A stretch of 43,161 nt of DNA from Tubiluchus corallicola (lineage: Eukaryota > Animalia > Priapulida): assembly GCA_030141605.1 (NCBI GenBank), contig JAQGDQ010002432.1, positions 1 to 43,161 of the forward strand, written 5' to 3'. Position 1 is the stretch's first letter. Every line of letters starts with the position of its first letter. Positions 10,254-20,235 of the stretch are shown piece by piece. The position numbers and the translations under genes are program-made. The notes beneath the pieces were generated by a model. It did no database searches and had not been told where the DNA came from. It was given only the letters and a program-made list of their open reading frames with translations.

Positions 10254-10441
10254 TTGCAGCTAAGTTGAAACAATTAATTGCCCTCATCGGCAAAGATAAG
10301 TCCCGTAAATGAAGCCAATCAAAAGACTACGGCATAAACACACAAGCCAACGCACAATTCCATTTATTCCGTTTCCTTTTGCCTGTTTCATTTACTTTCT
10401 TTTATTGTTGCCTAAGTGTTCAATTAAGGCTTAGTTTGCAA
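10254..10441 (-). promoter_or_regulatory. Promoter-containing long hairpin, copy A (candidate single-strand origin / ssDNA promoter)
   Basis: ~190-nt imperfect inverted repeat; the minus strand reads TTTG (10323-10320), 21 nt, TATCTTTG (10298-10291); homologous to 35371-35523. Confidence 0.6.
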
Positions 10442-10507
10442 TTCAGCTAAATTTTGGAAATATTTATTGGAAGCTTTGAGTAGTCTGGGAAGCAGGAAAA
10501 TTGAGAT

Positions 10508-10576
10508 TGTTAGTACTTTTGTTAGTACAAATAAAAAAGAGCTACAAAAATAAATCTGTAGCTCTTTGAATATCAG
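10508..10576. repeat. Right end of element 1: 12-bp-period arm repeats plus an 11-bp inverted repeat
   Basis: TGTTAGTACTTT TGTTAGTAC (10508-10528); AAAGAGCTACA (10536-10546) / TGTAGCTCTTT (10557-10567); then TGAATATCAG. Same architecture as 32988-33056. Confidence 0.75.
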
Positions 10577-10730
10577 CTTTTTATGGCGTTTTTAGTATTT
10601 ATAGATATTTATAAATGTTTTATTAACTAACATTATATCAGTGTTTTAATTAGTTTTAATTATAGATGCTTATAAATGATTTTGTTTGTTTTTATGCAAA
10701 TGTATTGTAAAAATTTAGAGCATACCCCAC

Positions 10731-11005
10731 ATGAAATCAGTAAGTAAGGTCTCAATTAAGGTCGTTTTACATCGCATTTTTAGGTTAAAGGATAAAGAAG
10801 GCAGGTATCCGGTTAAATTGCAAGTGACTTATAAAAGGGTTCAGAGGCAGTATACAATTCCCAAACTCAAATATACTCCGGAAGAATTTGCAGTAATAAC
10901 TGATAGCATAAGTAAGTCTGAGCAAAGGACCAGGAATTTAAACCGTTTGTTTAGCCATGATGAGAAAAAAATGATCCGTGGGATTCTATTAAAAATTCAA
11001 CAGCG
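10731..11005 (+). pseudogene. Integrase N-terminal (arm-binding) remnant truncated by an IS
   Basis: KVVLH...KDKEGRYPVKLQVTYKRVQRQY resembles the arm domain of 159..1436; the frame runs into the IS left end at 11006. Confidence 0.8.
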
Positions 11006-11093
11006 TGTAAATCTTCAGCTTAATTCGGACAAATTGGTTTAAAAATTAAGAGAGACATTTCTTAAATTATAACCAATAAAAACGAGTAAGATT

Positions 11094-11441
11094 AAGGCAA
11101 AAAAACAGACTACCGAACAAAAGGTAAAATAGATTAAGAGACACACGAGGAAGAAGTATTCAGCTGAAGAAAAAATCAGGATTGTACTAGAGGGCATGCG
11201 TGGCGAATATAGCATTGCCGAGTTATGCCGAAAAGAAGGCATCAACGCGAACCTTTATTACAAGTGGAGTAAAGATTTTATGGAAGCTGGCAAAAAACGC
11301 CTTGCAGGTGACATTAAACGGGAAGCTACATCGGGCGAAGTAAACGGTTTAAAGAACGAGAACCACGACCTAAAGCAGCTTGTAGCAGAGCTGAGTTTGG
11401 AAGTACGCATGCTTAAAAAAAGCTTAACTGGAACCGTGTAA
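11094..11441 (+). pseudogene. IS orfA (HTH), damaged 5' end
   Basis: RKKYSAEEKIRIVLEGMRGEYSIAELCRKEGI lies in frame after a TAG at ~11130; no ATG at the expected start. Confidence 0.75.
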
Positions 11442-11452
11442 CTTATAAATAT

Positions 11453-12424
11453 ATGAGACGAAGCGCCAGTGAAAAGATGGAAATTATCCGTATTGTTCAA
11501 GATTCGGAATTCGGAGTTAAGCGCACACTTGAAGAGCTTGACATCAGCCGAAGTACCTTTTACGAGTGGTACAAACGCTTCCTTGAGGGAGGATATGATG
11601 CACTCAAGCCCAAGCCGGTAAAACGCAAAAAGTTCTGGGACAAGATATCCAACAAAGAACGAGAACTGGTTTTAGACACCGCTTTGGAACGTACAGATTT
11701 ATCGCCTAGGGAACTAGCCCACCACATCACCGACCATCAAAAGTGGTTTATCAGCGAATCCAGCGCATATCGGATTCTCAAAGAGCAAGTGCTAATCACA
11801 TCTCCTGCGTGGCTTTTAATGGCTGCATCCGATGATTTTAAAGATAAGACCACGCGTGTGCACCAGCAATGGCAAACCGATTTCACCTACTTTAAAATCA
11901 TTGGATGGGGCTGGTATTATTTGGCTACCGTAATGGACGATTATTCAAGGTATATCGTCACCTGGGAGCTTTGCCAAAGCATTGAGTCGGCCGATGCCAA
12001 GCATGTTATTCAAAAGGCTTTACATACGACCAAAATACCTGCAGGCGATTGTCCCAGGTTACTCTCCGATAATGGAGCGTGCTACATATCAAACGAGTTT
12101 CAAAGCTTTTTAAAAGACACCAAAATGGGACATGTACGTGGAGCCCCGTACCACCCTCAAACACAAGGGAAAATTGAGCGTTACCACCGCACCATGAAAA
12201 ATCAGGTAAAGTTGGATAACTACTACTTTCCTGATGAACTAATGACGGTTCTACAGGAGTTTGTATATAATTACAACAACCACCGGTATCATGAATCACT
12301 CAAGAATGTTACACCTGCCGACGTGTATTTTGGAAGGCAAAAACAGGTACTGGGCAATCGTGAAAATATTAAAATAAAAACGCTAAATGAAAGAAGAAAA
12401 AGGAATCAGAAAATCGCAGTGTAG
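11453..12424 (+). CDS. IS orfB DDE transposase (rve core)
   Basis: WQTDFTY, DDYSR, SDNG, PQTQGKIERYH, YNNHRYHESL. Confidence 0.92.
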   Translation: MRRSASEKMEIIRIVQDSEFGVKRTLEELDISRSTFYEWYKRFLEGGYDALKPKPVKRKKFWDKISNKERELVLDTALERTDLSPRELAHHITDHQKWFISESSAYRILKEQVLITSPAWLLMAASDDFKDKTTRVHQQWQTDFTYFKIIGWGWYYLATVMDDYSRYIVTWELCQSIESADAKHVIQKALHTTKIPAGDCPRLLSDNGACYISNEFQSFLKDTKMGHVRGAPYHPQTQGKIERYHRTMKNQVKLDNYYFPDELMTVLQEFVYNYNNHRYHESLKNVTPADVYFGRQKQVLGNRENIKIKTLNERRKRNQKIAV

Positions 12425-12565
12425 CACTTTTGATTTATTGAAAACTCTGCGAGTTTCCAACAAGTCAACAGTGAATTATCATCACCATAAAAAAGAGAAT
12501 TTGAATTATAAAACTATCTCTTAACTTTAAGCATCAATTTGTCCAATAAGTTTTGAAGTTAAACA

Positions 12566-12874
12566 GTCGGTGCCAATCCAAAGGTTTCCGCTGTCATCAG
12601 GCAAAAGGTCAGTAATGTCTTTATTTAATATGAGGTCATCTTGGAATGTGTGCTTTTTAACGTATGATCCTCCATAGTACTTATATAACCCACTAAAAGT
12701 GGCAATCCATAAAATGCCCTTTTCATCTTGAACTATTTTATTAACACTTAAGTTTCGTCCACCTTCATCGGGTTCAAAAACCACAAAAATCTGGGAATAA
12801 ATTATAAATGGAAAGAAAAAGGTTAGAAGAAATACAATTAAGATATGTTTTAGACCGTCCAACATTTTATACAA
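12566..12874 (-). pseudogene. 5' fragment of a two-component sensor (Reg_prop beta-propeller, HTCS-like) truncated by the IS
   Basis: Signal-like N-terminus, then IVQDEKGILWIATFSGL and LLPDDSGNLWIGT repeats; ends at the IS right end. Confidence 0.8.
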
Positions 12875-12973
12875 CTGGATTTTAGCGGAATTACCAAGCT
12901 CCCTACAGTAATTATTGAAGTCGAAATTAGTTAAATAATTTCAAATTTAACGACGTTATTTCTAAAAAGGTTT

Positions 12974-14270
12974 CACTACTGTCCACTTAAAACATACTGA
13001 GTGACAGTTGATTATTATCTCGTTCTTTGACATTATTGTAATCTAGTTTTATAAACAGCTCATTTATAGGTGATTTATCAAATAAGGAGATGCCTAAAAT
13101 CTGTAGAATTTCGTAAGTTGAACTCTTAAGGTTTAGGTCATGCCCCACAATGGCAACCAAACAGTATGTTATGATTGCAGAGTAAATTTGTATTCTAACT
13201 GCATTTTCGGAATTGCCCCAAAAGTTTTTAACTTTTAAATGTTGCTTTATCCATTTGAAGAACAGCTCTACTTGCCATCTGTTTTTGTATAAGTAAGCGA
13301 TATCTTCTGCGGAAAGCTCAAAATTGTTGGTCAAGAAAATGAATTCTCTTGAGGTTTCTTCATCATAGAACTTTATCCTCCTGATTTTTTCGGGGTAATC
13401 CTTAGATTGATAGAAGCCAGTTAGTTTGCCTATTTGGTCGCACTTTACACCTGTGCTCTTGTCAACGGGATTTGAATACATCCGTTTAAATTTAAGGTTG
13501 GACTTGGCTCTGACGACGAAATATGCAGAGAGGTTTGTTATTCTGAAAAGCCGTTTAAAATCGACATACCCCCGGTCAAACACATAATAAGCGTTTGCTT
13601 CGTAAGGTATCACGTCCATTGCATTGACATCGTGTACGGAAGCTTCTGTGATATGCACAAACACTGGTATTTGTATTGTAACATCAAACAAGGTATGAAG
13701 CTTTATTCCTCCTTTTTTCTTGCGAAACTTTGCCCACCAGAATATATTCAGGCACAAGTCTATCGTTGATGAATCAAATGCATATACCTTGCCTTTGATC
13801 TTAAAGGTGTCGTTTGATAGTTTTTTGCGCGCTACATCAATCATGTAGTATGCAAATTCCTCAAAAATCTTGCTGTTCCTTTTTTCATTGGCTTTAGCAA
13901 GATTGCTGCGGGATACGCTCTTGCCAAAACCAAGATGGTAAGTTTTGTTGCTGTGTGCATTTACCGCAACAGTCAGGTCTCGTAAACTATCCCTGTTTGT
14001 TAACTGACCAAATATCATACAGAGCAACTGGTTCCAACATGTAAAATGCTTGATGTACCTGTTGCCGGAATATTTAGAAACGAATTTATCAAATACCCGT
14101 CGGGGCAGAAACATGCTCAATTGGGCAAAAACATATTTACCTTTATTCATCACAGAAAATAATTTCCGCAAACATAAAGGATTCAAATCGTCACCGTTTA
14201 AATATCGCTGTAAAATTCAGATATACAATAATTTAAAAGAACGTTTTTTACTTTTTAATGGACACTATTG
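12974..14270 (-). mobile_element. IS4-family insertion sequence with a 9-bp target duplication
   Basis: IRs CACTACTGTCCACTTAAAA / CAATAGTGTCCATTAAAAA; AAAAGGTTT at 12965-12973 and 14271-14279. Confidence 0.92.
12987..14150 (-). CDS. IS4 transposase (DUF4372 + DDE_Tnp_1)
   Basis: MNKGKYVFAQL start, FDSSTIDL, FDRGY, YKNRWQVELFFKWIKQ. Confidence 0.95.
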   Translation of the reverse strand: MNKGKYVFAQLSMFLPRRVFDKFVSKYSGNRYIKHFTCWNQLLCMIFGQLTNRDSLRDLTVAVNAHSNKTYHLGFGKSVSRSNLAKANEKRNSKIFEEFAYYMIDVARKKLSNDTFKIKGKVYAFDSSTIDLCLNIFWWAKFRKKKGGIKLHTLFDVTIQIPVFVHITEASVHDVNAMDVIPYEANAYYVFDRGYVDFKRLFRITNLSAYFVVRAKSNLKFKRMYSNPVDKSTGVKCDQIGKLTGFYQSKDYPEKIRRIKFYDEETSREFIFLTNNFELSAEDIAYLYKNRWQVELFFKWIKQHLKVKNFWGNSENAVRIQIYSAIITYCLVAIVGHDLNLKSSTYEILQILGISLFDKSPINELFIKLDYNNVKERDNNQLSLSMF

Positions 14271-14303
14271 AAAAGGTTTATTGAATAGGTGAAGGTTAAA
14301 AAC

Positions 14304-14332
14304 AAAAAAAGGTACACCCCAAAAGTGTACCT
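14304..14332 (-). terminator. Intrinsic terminator downstream of the PUL
   Basis: AGGTACAC/GTGTACCT stem followed by a T-run on the minus strand. Confidence 0.6.
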
Positions 14333-14522
14333 AAATAAAGTTCTATTAGAGAAAAAACAGGATTTAGCTCTTATCGCACCAAAATATGCTTACGCATTAT
14401 TATGCATTGTTTCTAAATAAGTTTCACATTAAACCCTTTGCAAAAGGTACTTGTATTTACAACCAACATTGATTACTCAATTGACTCTACACTAATTCTT
14501 TTACAAGGGTAAAAACAGAATA

Positions 14523-16298
14523 TCAATTCCACCCTCTAATCACCTCCTTCGTCTGTTTCGGATTATGTTCCATTCTTATGCGCCAAAGCAACTCTTCAAT
14601 AGAAACCACATTGATGTCGTCAGACAACTTCTCAGTTGTCCACTTTACTGGTGAAACTCCAGCAGCCAATTCCTTGGGGTTATTCGGATAGGCCGGATTA
14701 TGAAATTTTGACCAGGCATGCACTGAAGTCCATGAAAATGATTTTTTGCCTTCCGCCTTACCTTTTGCCACATCACGATTTATTTTGGCTGGGAGGGTTT
14801 TCGGATTCCCGGCATAATCCTCCATCATGGTCAAATCCTTCCACATAGAATATTTGGCAGTAACTACCGGGATTTCAATTCCTTTTTTGTTTTTTACCCA
14901 ATGTACCTCACCTAATCCTCCATGGTATGGAGCATATTGTACGGCAATCATGCCAGCAATATCCTCCAACTCTTCTGCATAGATCTGATAGGCCTCCATT
15001 GCGTCTTTGCTATCCAAATCGTGCACCAAAAATCCAAACACTTTTGTTCCGGTGCGTTGCATATGTACATTCACTTTTTCGATAAATTCTCTAAGTAATT
15101 GAGGCCTTTCATCTCCACGGTTTATTGCATATAAATCGGGATAATGATAACCTCCGCCATATTCTACCACCGAAATATCGCGCTTTTGCGTTTTTACCAA
15201 TGCCTTGTATGCATCGGGCGCCATCATCGAAACATTTACAGGGCACGACGTAAAACTTACCGGAACGCTGCTTAAGTATGGATTAGCCCAATAATTGCCC
15301 GACAAAATAAAAGAGCCTATTGTCCATTGCATATTATCACCATCACTCATTAAAAATGAGTGAAAATGCTCTCCTTTCTCAAAATCAATAGTTGAAGGGT
15401 CAAGGCTTTTTAGCTTTGGCAATTCTTCGTTAATGGAATTGGCTGATAGAATTAGATGGTTTAAACACCAGTTATTGACAGTGTTAATGATGCCATTTAC
15501 GGTTGAGGGAATTACAAACTCGCTTTCGCCACCAATATTCCAGCCTAAAAGAGGTGAACCCGGTTTTGTACGCTCTAAAAGCGTAGATACATAATCGTTA
15601 ACACCAAAGCCGATGGGTGTTTTATGGGCAATGGCATAATCTCTTAAGTTAGGACGAGCCGGATGCATGGTCATTACGGCATTATCATCCAACTGATTTT
15701 TCAACTCTCTGAAACAAGCATTCGATGAAATATCTCTGGCATCCTTTAGCATTTTTAATCCAGCCTTTTTTGCCACATCTTCTATGCCTTCTTCAATGGT
15801 AATCGCACCTAAAACGCTTGCATACATACAAGCTACATTATACGATTCATCTTCATTGGCATTGTAGGTATTCCAATCAAACGACTGTGGTTTTTTAAAC
15901 AGTACATAGCCTTTAATGTCAATTTCATATATACACTCGGCTAATAGTTGTTCGGCATTAAAAGTACCTTTAATTTGAACATTTAAACGGCTTTGCAATC
16001 CATCGTACCATTTTTCGTAGCTACGGTTGGATGTTTGCATCCAAATCATTTTATCCGTTTCGCCATTGTTTACCGCACGTGCCATAAGGCCGGATAAAGA
16101 ATACACTAAGGTATTGTGCATATAATCCGAACTTTCTTCAAACTCTAAGATTACAGCAGGTGCTTTTTGTTGTGGCCACCAATAGGCAGATTCTAAATTT
16201 ATATTTGAAGGTTCTGTGCTCTTCTCGGATACACAGGAGTTTAATAGTACTATTCCGATAAAAAGTATTCCGATTCTTATGTTATTGTATGTCATCAT
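14523..16298 (-). CDS. GxGYxYP-family putative glycoside hydrolase, lipoprotein
   Basis: Lipobox LLNSC; MSDGDNMQW; GGGYHYP; VHAWS. Confidence 0.85.
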   Translation of the reverse strand: MMTYNNIRIGILFIGIVLLNSCVSEKSTEPSNINLESAYWWPQQKAPAVILEFEESSDYMHNTLVYSLSGLMARAVNNGETDKMIWMQTSNRSYEKWYDGLQSRLNVQIKGTFNAEQLLAECIYEIDIKGYVLFKKPQSFDWNTYNANEDESYNVACMYASVLGAITIEEGIEDVAKKAGLKMLKDARDISSNACFRELKNQLDDNAVMTMHPARPNLRDYAIAHKTPIGFGVNDYVSTLLERTKPGSPLLGWNIGGESEFVIPSTVNGIINTVNNWCLNHLILSANSINEELPKLKSLDPSTIDFEKGEHFHSFLMSDGDNMQWTIGSFILSGNYWANPYLSSVPVSFTSCPVNVSMMAPDAYKALVKTQKRDISVVEYGGGYHYPDLYAINRGDERPQLLREFIEKVNVHMQRTGTKVFGFLVHDLDSKDAMEAYQIYAEELEDIAGMIAVQYAPYHGGLGEVHWVKNKKGIEIPVVTAKYSMWKDLTMMEDYAGNPKTLPAKINRDVAKGKAEGKKSFSWTSVHAWSKFHNPAYPNNPKELAAGVSPVKWTTEKLSDDINVVSIEELLWRIRMEHNPKQTKEVIRGWN

Positions 16299-16371
16299 TA
16301 TTTTAAAAGATCTATGCTAATTATTTATCTATAATATTTAGATGGGGTGAATAAGCTCTCGAACCTATATT

Positions 16372-17727
16372 TTATTTCAGGCTTGCTTTTTCATACCAAT
16401 TTTCATAATCCTTGATCAGTTCTTTTACTTTATCAGGATACGCTCTGGCAAGGTTTTCCATCTCACCCGGATCTTCGTTCAGGTTTACCAGAAAATACTT
16501 ATCTTTCTGTGTTATCACTCCTTTACCGGATGGATCCTTGGGGTTATACAGTAATTTCCAGTTACCTTTTCTTACTGCCCAATAGTTTGCGTTCTGATGC
16601 CAACAAAACACCTTATGATTCGAGGAACGATTCTTAAAAATTACCTTTTCAAGGCTCTTGCCTTCAAAATCCTTTGGGCCATATTTAATTTCACACAAAT
16701 CAAGTATTGTGGGGAACCAATCGGTATTTACGCCCATTTGGTCACGTTTCACATTCTGAGGCACCATACCTGGCCAACTAATTATAGCAGGCACACGTAT
16801 TCCTCCTTCAAAAAATGAAAATTTTGCACCCCTGTATATACCTGAATTGCCGCCTCTTCCAAAGGCCCGTTCTTCCATAGAATGACCGTGATCTGATTGG
16901 AAAATTACAATTGTATTATCACTAATATTTAATTCATCCAACTTATCAAGTAATACCCCAATCCGTTCATCAACTGTAGATACACAAGCCGCATATTTAT
17001 CTCGTGGGTGCTCAAGGTCTTTGTAATGCGATCGCCATTTGTCGGTTCCCTGATAAGGATAGTGGGGCAAATTAATGGCATAATACATAAAGAACGGTGA
17101 TTCTTTATGCTCATCAACAAAATGCAGAGCCTTCTCGCTCATTAAATCCTGAAAATATTTACCATCAAACCAGACTTCCTTTCCATTTTCCCATAGGTCA
17201 TGTCTGTTAGGGCCATCCCAATAAAAGAAATGGGAGTAATTATCGATACATCCCCCCATGTGCCCAAATGAATAATCGAAACCTTGACTATTAGGCATTG
17301 TCTCTTCTGAGTATCCCAAATGCCATTTCCCAATATGACCGGTTACATAACCGTGTTCTTTTAATTTTTCAGCAATTGTAATTTGCTCAGAGGGCAAACC
17401 ACCTTTTCCTTTATGTGAAGATGAATTATCCGACAATCCGGCACCAAGTGGAGTTTTACCCGTTAGCAAAGCGGCTCTCGAAGGGGAACAAATAGCAGAA
17501 GCTGCATAAAATTGTGTAAACATTACCCCTCTCGACGCAAGCTTGTCGATATTTGGTGTGTACAAATCCTTTGCTCCATAACAGTTCGCATCTATAGTGC
17601 CCTGATCGTCAGTATAGATGATAATTACGTTTGGCGACGGATTCTGTTCCTGTGCCAAACCTTTATTATGAAACAACATAAGTCCTATCAGAATAGAAAA
17701 TGCCACACTAGCCTTATATCTTTTCAT
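16372..17727 (-). CDS. Sulfatase (S1, Cys-type)
   Basis: IYTDDQG, CSPSRAALLTG, GKWHLG, SDHG, EGGIRVP. Confidence 0.95.
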   Translation of the reverse strand: MKRYKASVAFSILIGLMLFHNKGLAQEQNPSPNVIIIYTDDQGTIDANCYGAKDLYTPNIDKLASRGVMFTQFYAASAICSPSRAALLTGKTPLGAGLSDNSSSHKGKGGLPSEQITIAEKLKEHGYVTGHIGKWHLGYSEETMPNSQGFDYSFGHMGGCIDNYSHFFYWDGPNRHDLWENGKEVWFDGKYFQDLMSEKALHFVDEHKESPFFMYYAINLPHYPYQGTDKWRSHYKDLEHPRDKYAACVSTVDERIGVLLDKLDELNISDNTIVIFQSDHGHSMEERAFGRGGNSGIYRGAKFSFFEGGIRVPAIISWPGMVPQNVKRDQMGVNTDWFPTILDLCEIKYGPKDFEGKSLEKVIFKNRSSNHKVFCWHQNANYWAVRKGNWKLLYNPKDPSGKGVITQKDKYFLVNLNEDPGEMENLARAYPDKVKELIKDYENWYEKASLK

Positions 17728-17876
17728 TGTTTATTTTAAATATGCAATTATTAATAGACGCAATTACTCAATACGCTAGAAAGTCTAGGCAATGTAATAT
17801 CAACCGCAACAGGTAATCACTCCTTAACTCATAAAGGCAAAACCTTATATGGATTATCTATTTAAACGTTGTCAGT

Positions 17877-20174
17877 TTACTTTGTAAATGAATAAGGCTT
17901 GCTATCTTTTTTAAGCCCCCATTGCTTATTAGGAGCATTACCCATTTTAAAATTAAACTCTGCTCCTTCTTGAATATCTTCAAACGTAATGTAAGTTTTC
18001 TGATAGTCGTTGCTATTACGTTTTACAGACTGGATATACACGTTATCCTTGGTGTTGGAGTCGGCTTTCACAACAAAGGTTTTTCCATTTTGCAAGTGCA
18101 TTTTCACTTCCTTAAATAAAGGGCTACCAATGGCATATTGACCCGTTCCCGGTGCAACCGGATAAAATCCTGCAGCCGAAAATACGTACCAGGCAGATGT
18201 TTGACCGTTATCTTCATCTCCACACAAACCATCAGGGGCAGAGGAGTAAAGTTTGTCCATTATTTCACGAACACGATACTGCGCTTTCCAAGGTTGCTCT
18301 AACCAGTTGTATAAATACACCGCATGCTGAATAGGTTGGTTTCCGTGAGCATACTGTCCCATATCCGCTACCAACATTTCAGTTATCTCATGTATTTGTT
18401 GCCCATAATATGAATAATCGAAAGTAGGAGCACTGGTAAATACCTCATCCAAACGGTTGCGCATTTTCTCTACGCCTCCAAATTCTTTAGCCAATCCAGC
18501 AGGATCATGGAATACACACCATGTCCAGTGCCAAGCAGATCCTTCGGTAAAGGCATCTCCCCATTTATCAGGTGAATAGGTTTGTGCCCAGGTACCATCT
18601 TCATTTTTACCTCTAACAAATCCAATTTCCGCGTCAAACACATGTTTATAGTTCATTGAGCGTTGCTCAAATAAAGCGATTTCCTTTTTAGGTTTATTCA
18701 GAGCTTTTCCAAGCTGCGCAATATTCCAATCGGCAAAGGCATATTCCAATGTACGGGCAGCATTTTCTTTTACATCAACATCATAAGGGATATATCCCAG
18801 TTTATTATAGTAGTCTACCCCTAAACGGCCAACAGAACTTAACGGACCTTCGTTTTCGCTGTTTTTTATTATTGCCTCGTAAAGTGTTTCAATATCGTAT
18901 CCGCGAATGCCTCTTAAATAAGCATCAGCAATGTTTATGGCTGAGTTTGATCCTACCATACAATCGCGGTGACCTGGGCTTGCCCACTCAGGCAGCCAAC
19001 CACTTTCTTTATAGGTATTTACCAGACCTTCCATAATTTTACTCAATTCATCTGGGTACATAATAGTAAAGAATGGAAATACAGCGCGGAAGGTATCCCA
19101 AAATCCATTATCGGTGTACATATAACCAGGTAACACTTCGCCGTTGTATGGGCTGTAGTGAACGGTGTTGCCATTGGCGTCAAATTCATGGAACCTGCGA
19201 GGAAAAAGCAAAACGCGGTATAAAGCTGAATAAAAAGTGCGGTATTGCTCGGTGGTACCACCACTTACTTCAATTCGTCCTAGTTCTTGGTTCCAAACCG
19301 CAGCGCCCTTATTTTTTATGCTTTCAAAATCAGCATCATTAATTTCATTTTTCAGGTTAAGTTCGGCTTGTTCATGACTAATAAATGAAGAAGCAACTTT
19401 TGCATGTACCTGCTCACCATTGGTAGTTTTAAACGAAATGGCAGCTCCTACATGAAAGCCTTCTTTCTTTAACTTATTGGAGGTTTTAATCTCACTTTTA
19501 TCTTTTGTCCAGGTTTGGACTTCTTCAAACTCTTTATCGAACTGAATAACAAAATAGTTATGGAAATTCTCAGGCACACCACCGCTATTGTTTCGGCAGT
19601 AACCAATAATTTTCTTTTCTTCGGGTAAAACCTTTACCATCGCCCCTTTATTAAACGCATCTAATACGACGTGCGACTGATCGGACTTTGGAAAGGTAAA
19701 ACGGAATTGTGCACAACGTTCGGTAGGTGTAATTTCAGTAGTTACATCATAGTCGGCCAAATAAACCCTATAATAATGCGGTTTAGATATTTCGGCCTTG
19801 TGCGAAAACCATGAGCCACGTTTGTTTTCGTCCAGAATTAATTCGCCAGTTTCTGGGAAAAGTGAAAATGCTGCGTAATCATTAATCCATGGACTCGGTT
19901 GGTGTGTTTGTTTAAAACCACGAATTTTTTTAGCGTCATAGGTATATCCCCAGCCATCTCCCATGCGTCCTGTTTGTGGCGTCCAAAAGTTCATCCCCCA
20001 AGGCAAAGCTATGGCAGGATAGGTATTACCATTTGAAAGAGCAAATTCTGAATCGCTTCCTATCAATGGATTCACAAAGTCCACAAAACTTAAAGACTCC
20101 GGTTGGCCATATGCTTGCTGCTGACCAATGCTTAATAACACAATTGCAACAATGCTAAAAAAAATGTGCTTCAT
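17877..20174 (-). CDS. GH92 alpha-mannosidase (likely alpha-1,2)
   Basis: GNTYP, QPSPW, GFWDTFR, FTEGSAW, IHEI..MGQYAHGNQP, CGDEDNGQTSAW. Confidence 0.93.
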   Translation of the reverse strand: MKHIFFSIVAIVLLSIGQQQAYGQPESLSFVDFVNPLIGSDSEFALSNGNTYPAIALPWGMNFWTPQTGRMGDGWGYTYDAKKIRGFKQTHQPSPWINDYAAFSLFPETGELILDENKRGSWFSHKAEISKPHYYRVYLADYDVTTEITPTERCAQFRFTFPKSDQSHVVLDAFNKGAMVKVLPEEKKIIGYCRNNSGGVPENFHNYFVIQFDKEFEEVQTWTKDKSEIKTSNKLKKEGFHVGAAISFKTTNGEQVHAKVASSFISHEQAELNLKNEINDADFESIKNKGAAVWNQELGRIEVSGGTTEQYRTFYSALYRVLLFPRRFHEFDANGNTVHYSPYNGEVLPGYMYTDNGFWDTFRAVFPFFTIMYPDELSKIMEGLVNTYKESGWLPEWASPGHRDCMVGSNSAINIADAYLRGIRGYDIETLYEAIIKNSENEGPLSSVGRLGVDYYNKLGYIPYDVDVKENAARTLEYAFADWNIAQLGKALNKPKKEIALFEQRSMNYKHVFDAEIGFVRGKNEDGTWAQTYSPDKWGDAFTEGSAWHWTWCVFHDPAGLAKEFGGVEKMRNRLDEVFTSAPTFDYSYYGQQIHEITEMLVADMGQYAHGNQPIQHAVYLYNWLEQPWKAQYRVREIMDKLYSSAPDGLCGDEDNGQTSAWYVFSAAGFYPVAPGTGQYAIGSPLFKEVKMHLQNGKTFVVKADSNTKDNVYIQSVKRNSNDYQKTYITFEDIQEGAEFNFKMGNAPNKQWGLKKDSKPYSFTK

Positions 20175-20235
20175 TATGGTATGTATAAAATTAGTTAATG
20201 CTATTTATTATGCCTTCAAAAAATAGCTTTAGTCC

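Larger units (their letters stand above)
117..10576 (+). mobile_element. Integrative element 1 (int, ORF2, xis, RC-Rep, type I R-M); left boundary may lie upstream of the window
   Basis: Gene content, plus the 19-bp TGTTAGTACTTTTGTTAGT present at both 117-135 and 10508-10526. Confidence 0.8.
11006..12565 (+). mobile_element. IS3-family (IS3/IS481-like) insertion sequence, degenerate
   Basis: Imperfect IRs: TGTAAATCTTCAGCTTAATTCGGACAAATT vs the reverse complement of the right end, TGTTTAACTTCAAAACTTATTGGACAAATT. No target duplication. Confidence 0.85.

Noticed and set aside
9994-10441. Hairpins as integron attC sites
   Set aside because: No clear RYYYAAC/GTTRRRY boxes, no cassette array and no IntI-type integrase.
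11414-11421. AAAAAAAG as a programmed -1 frameshift
   Set aside because: The -1 frame reaches TAA within two codons, so no OrfAB fusion is supported in this copy.
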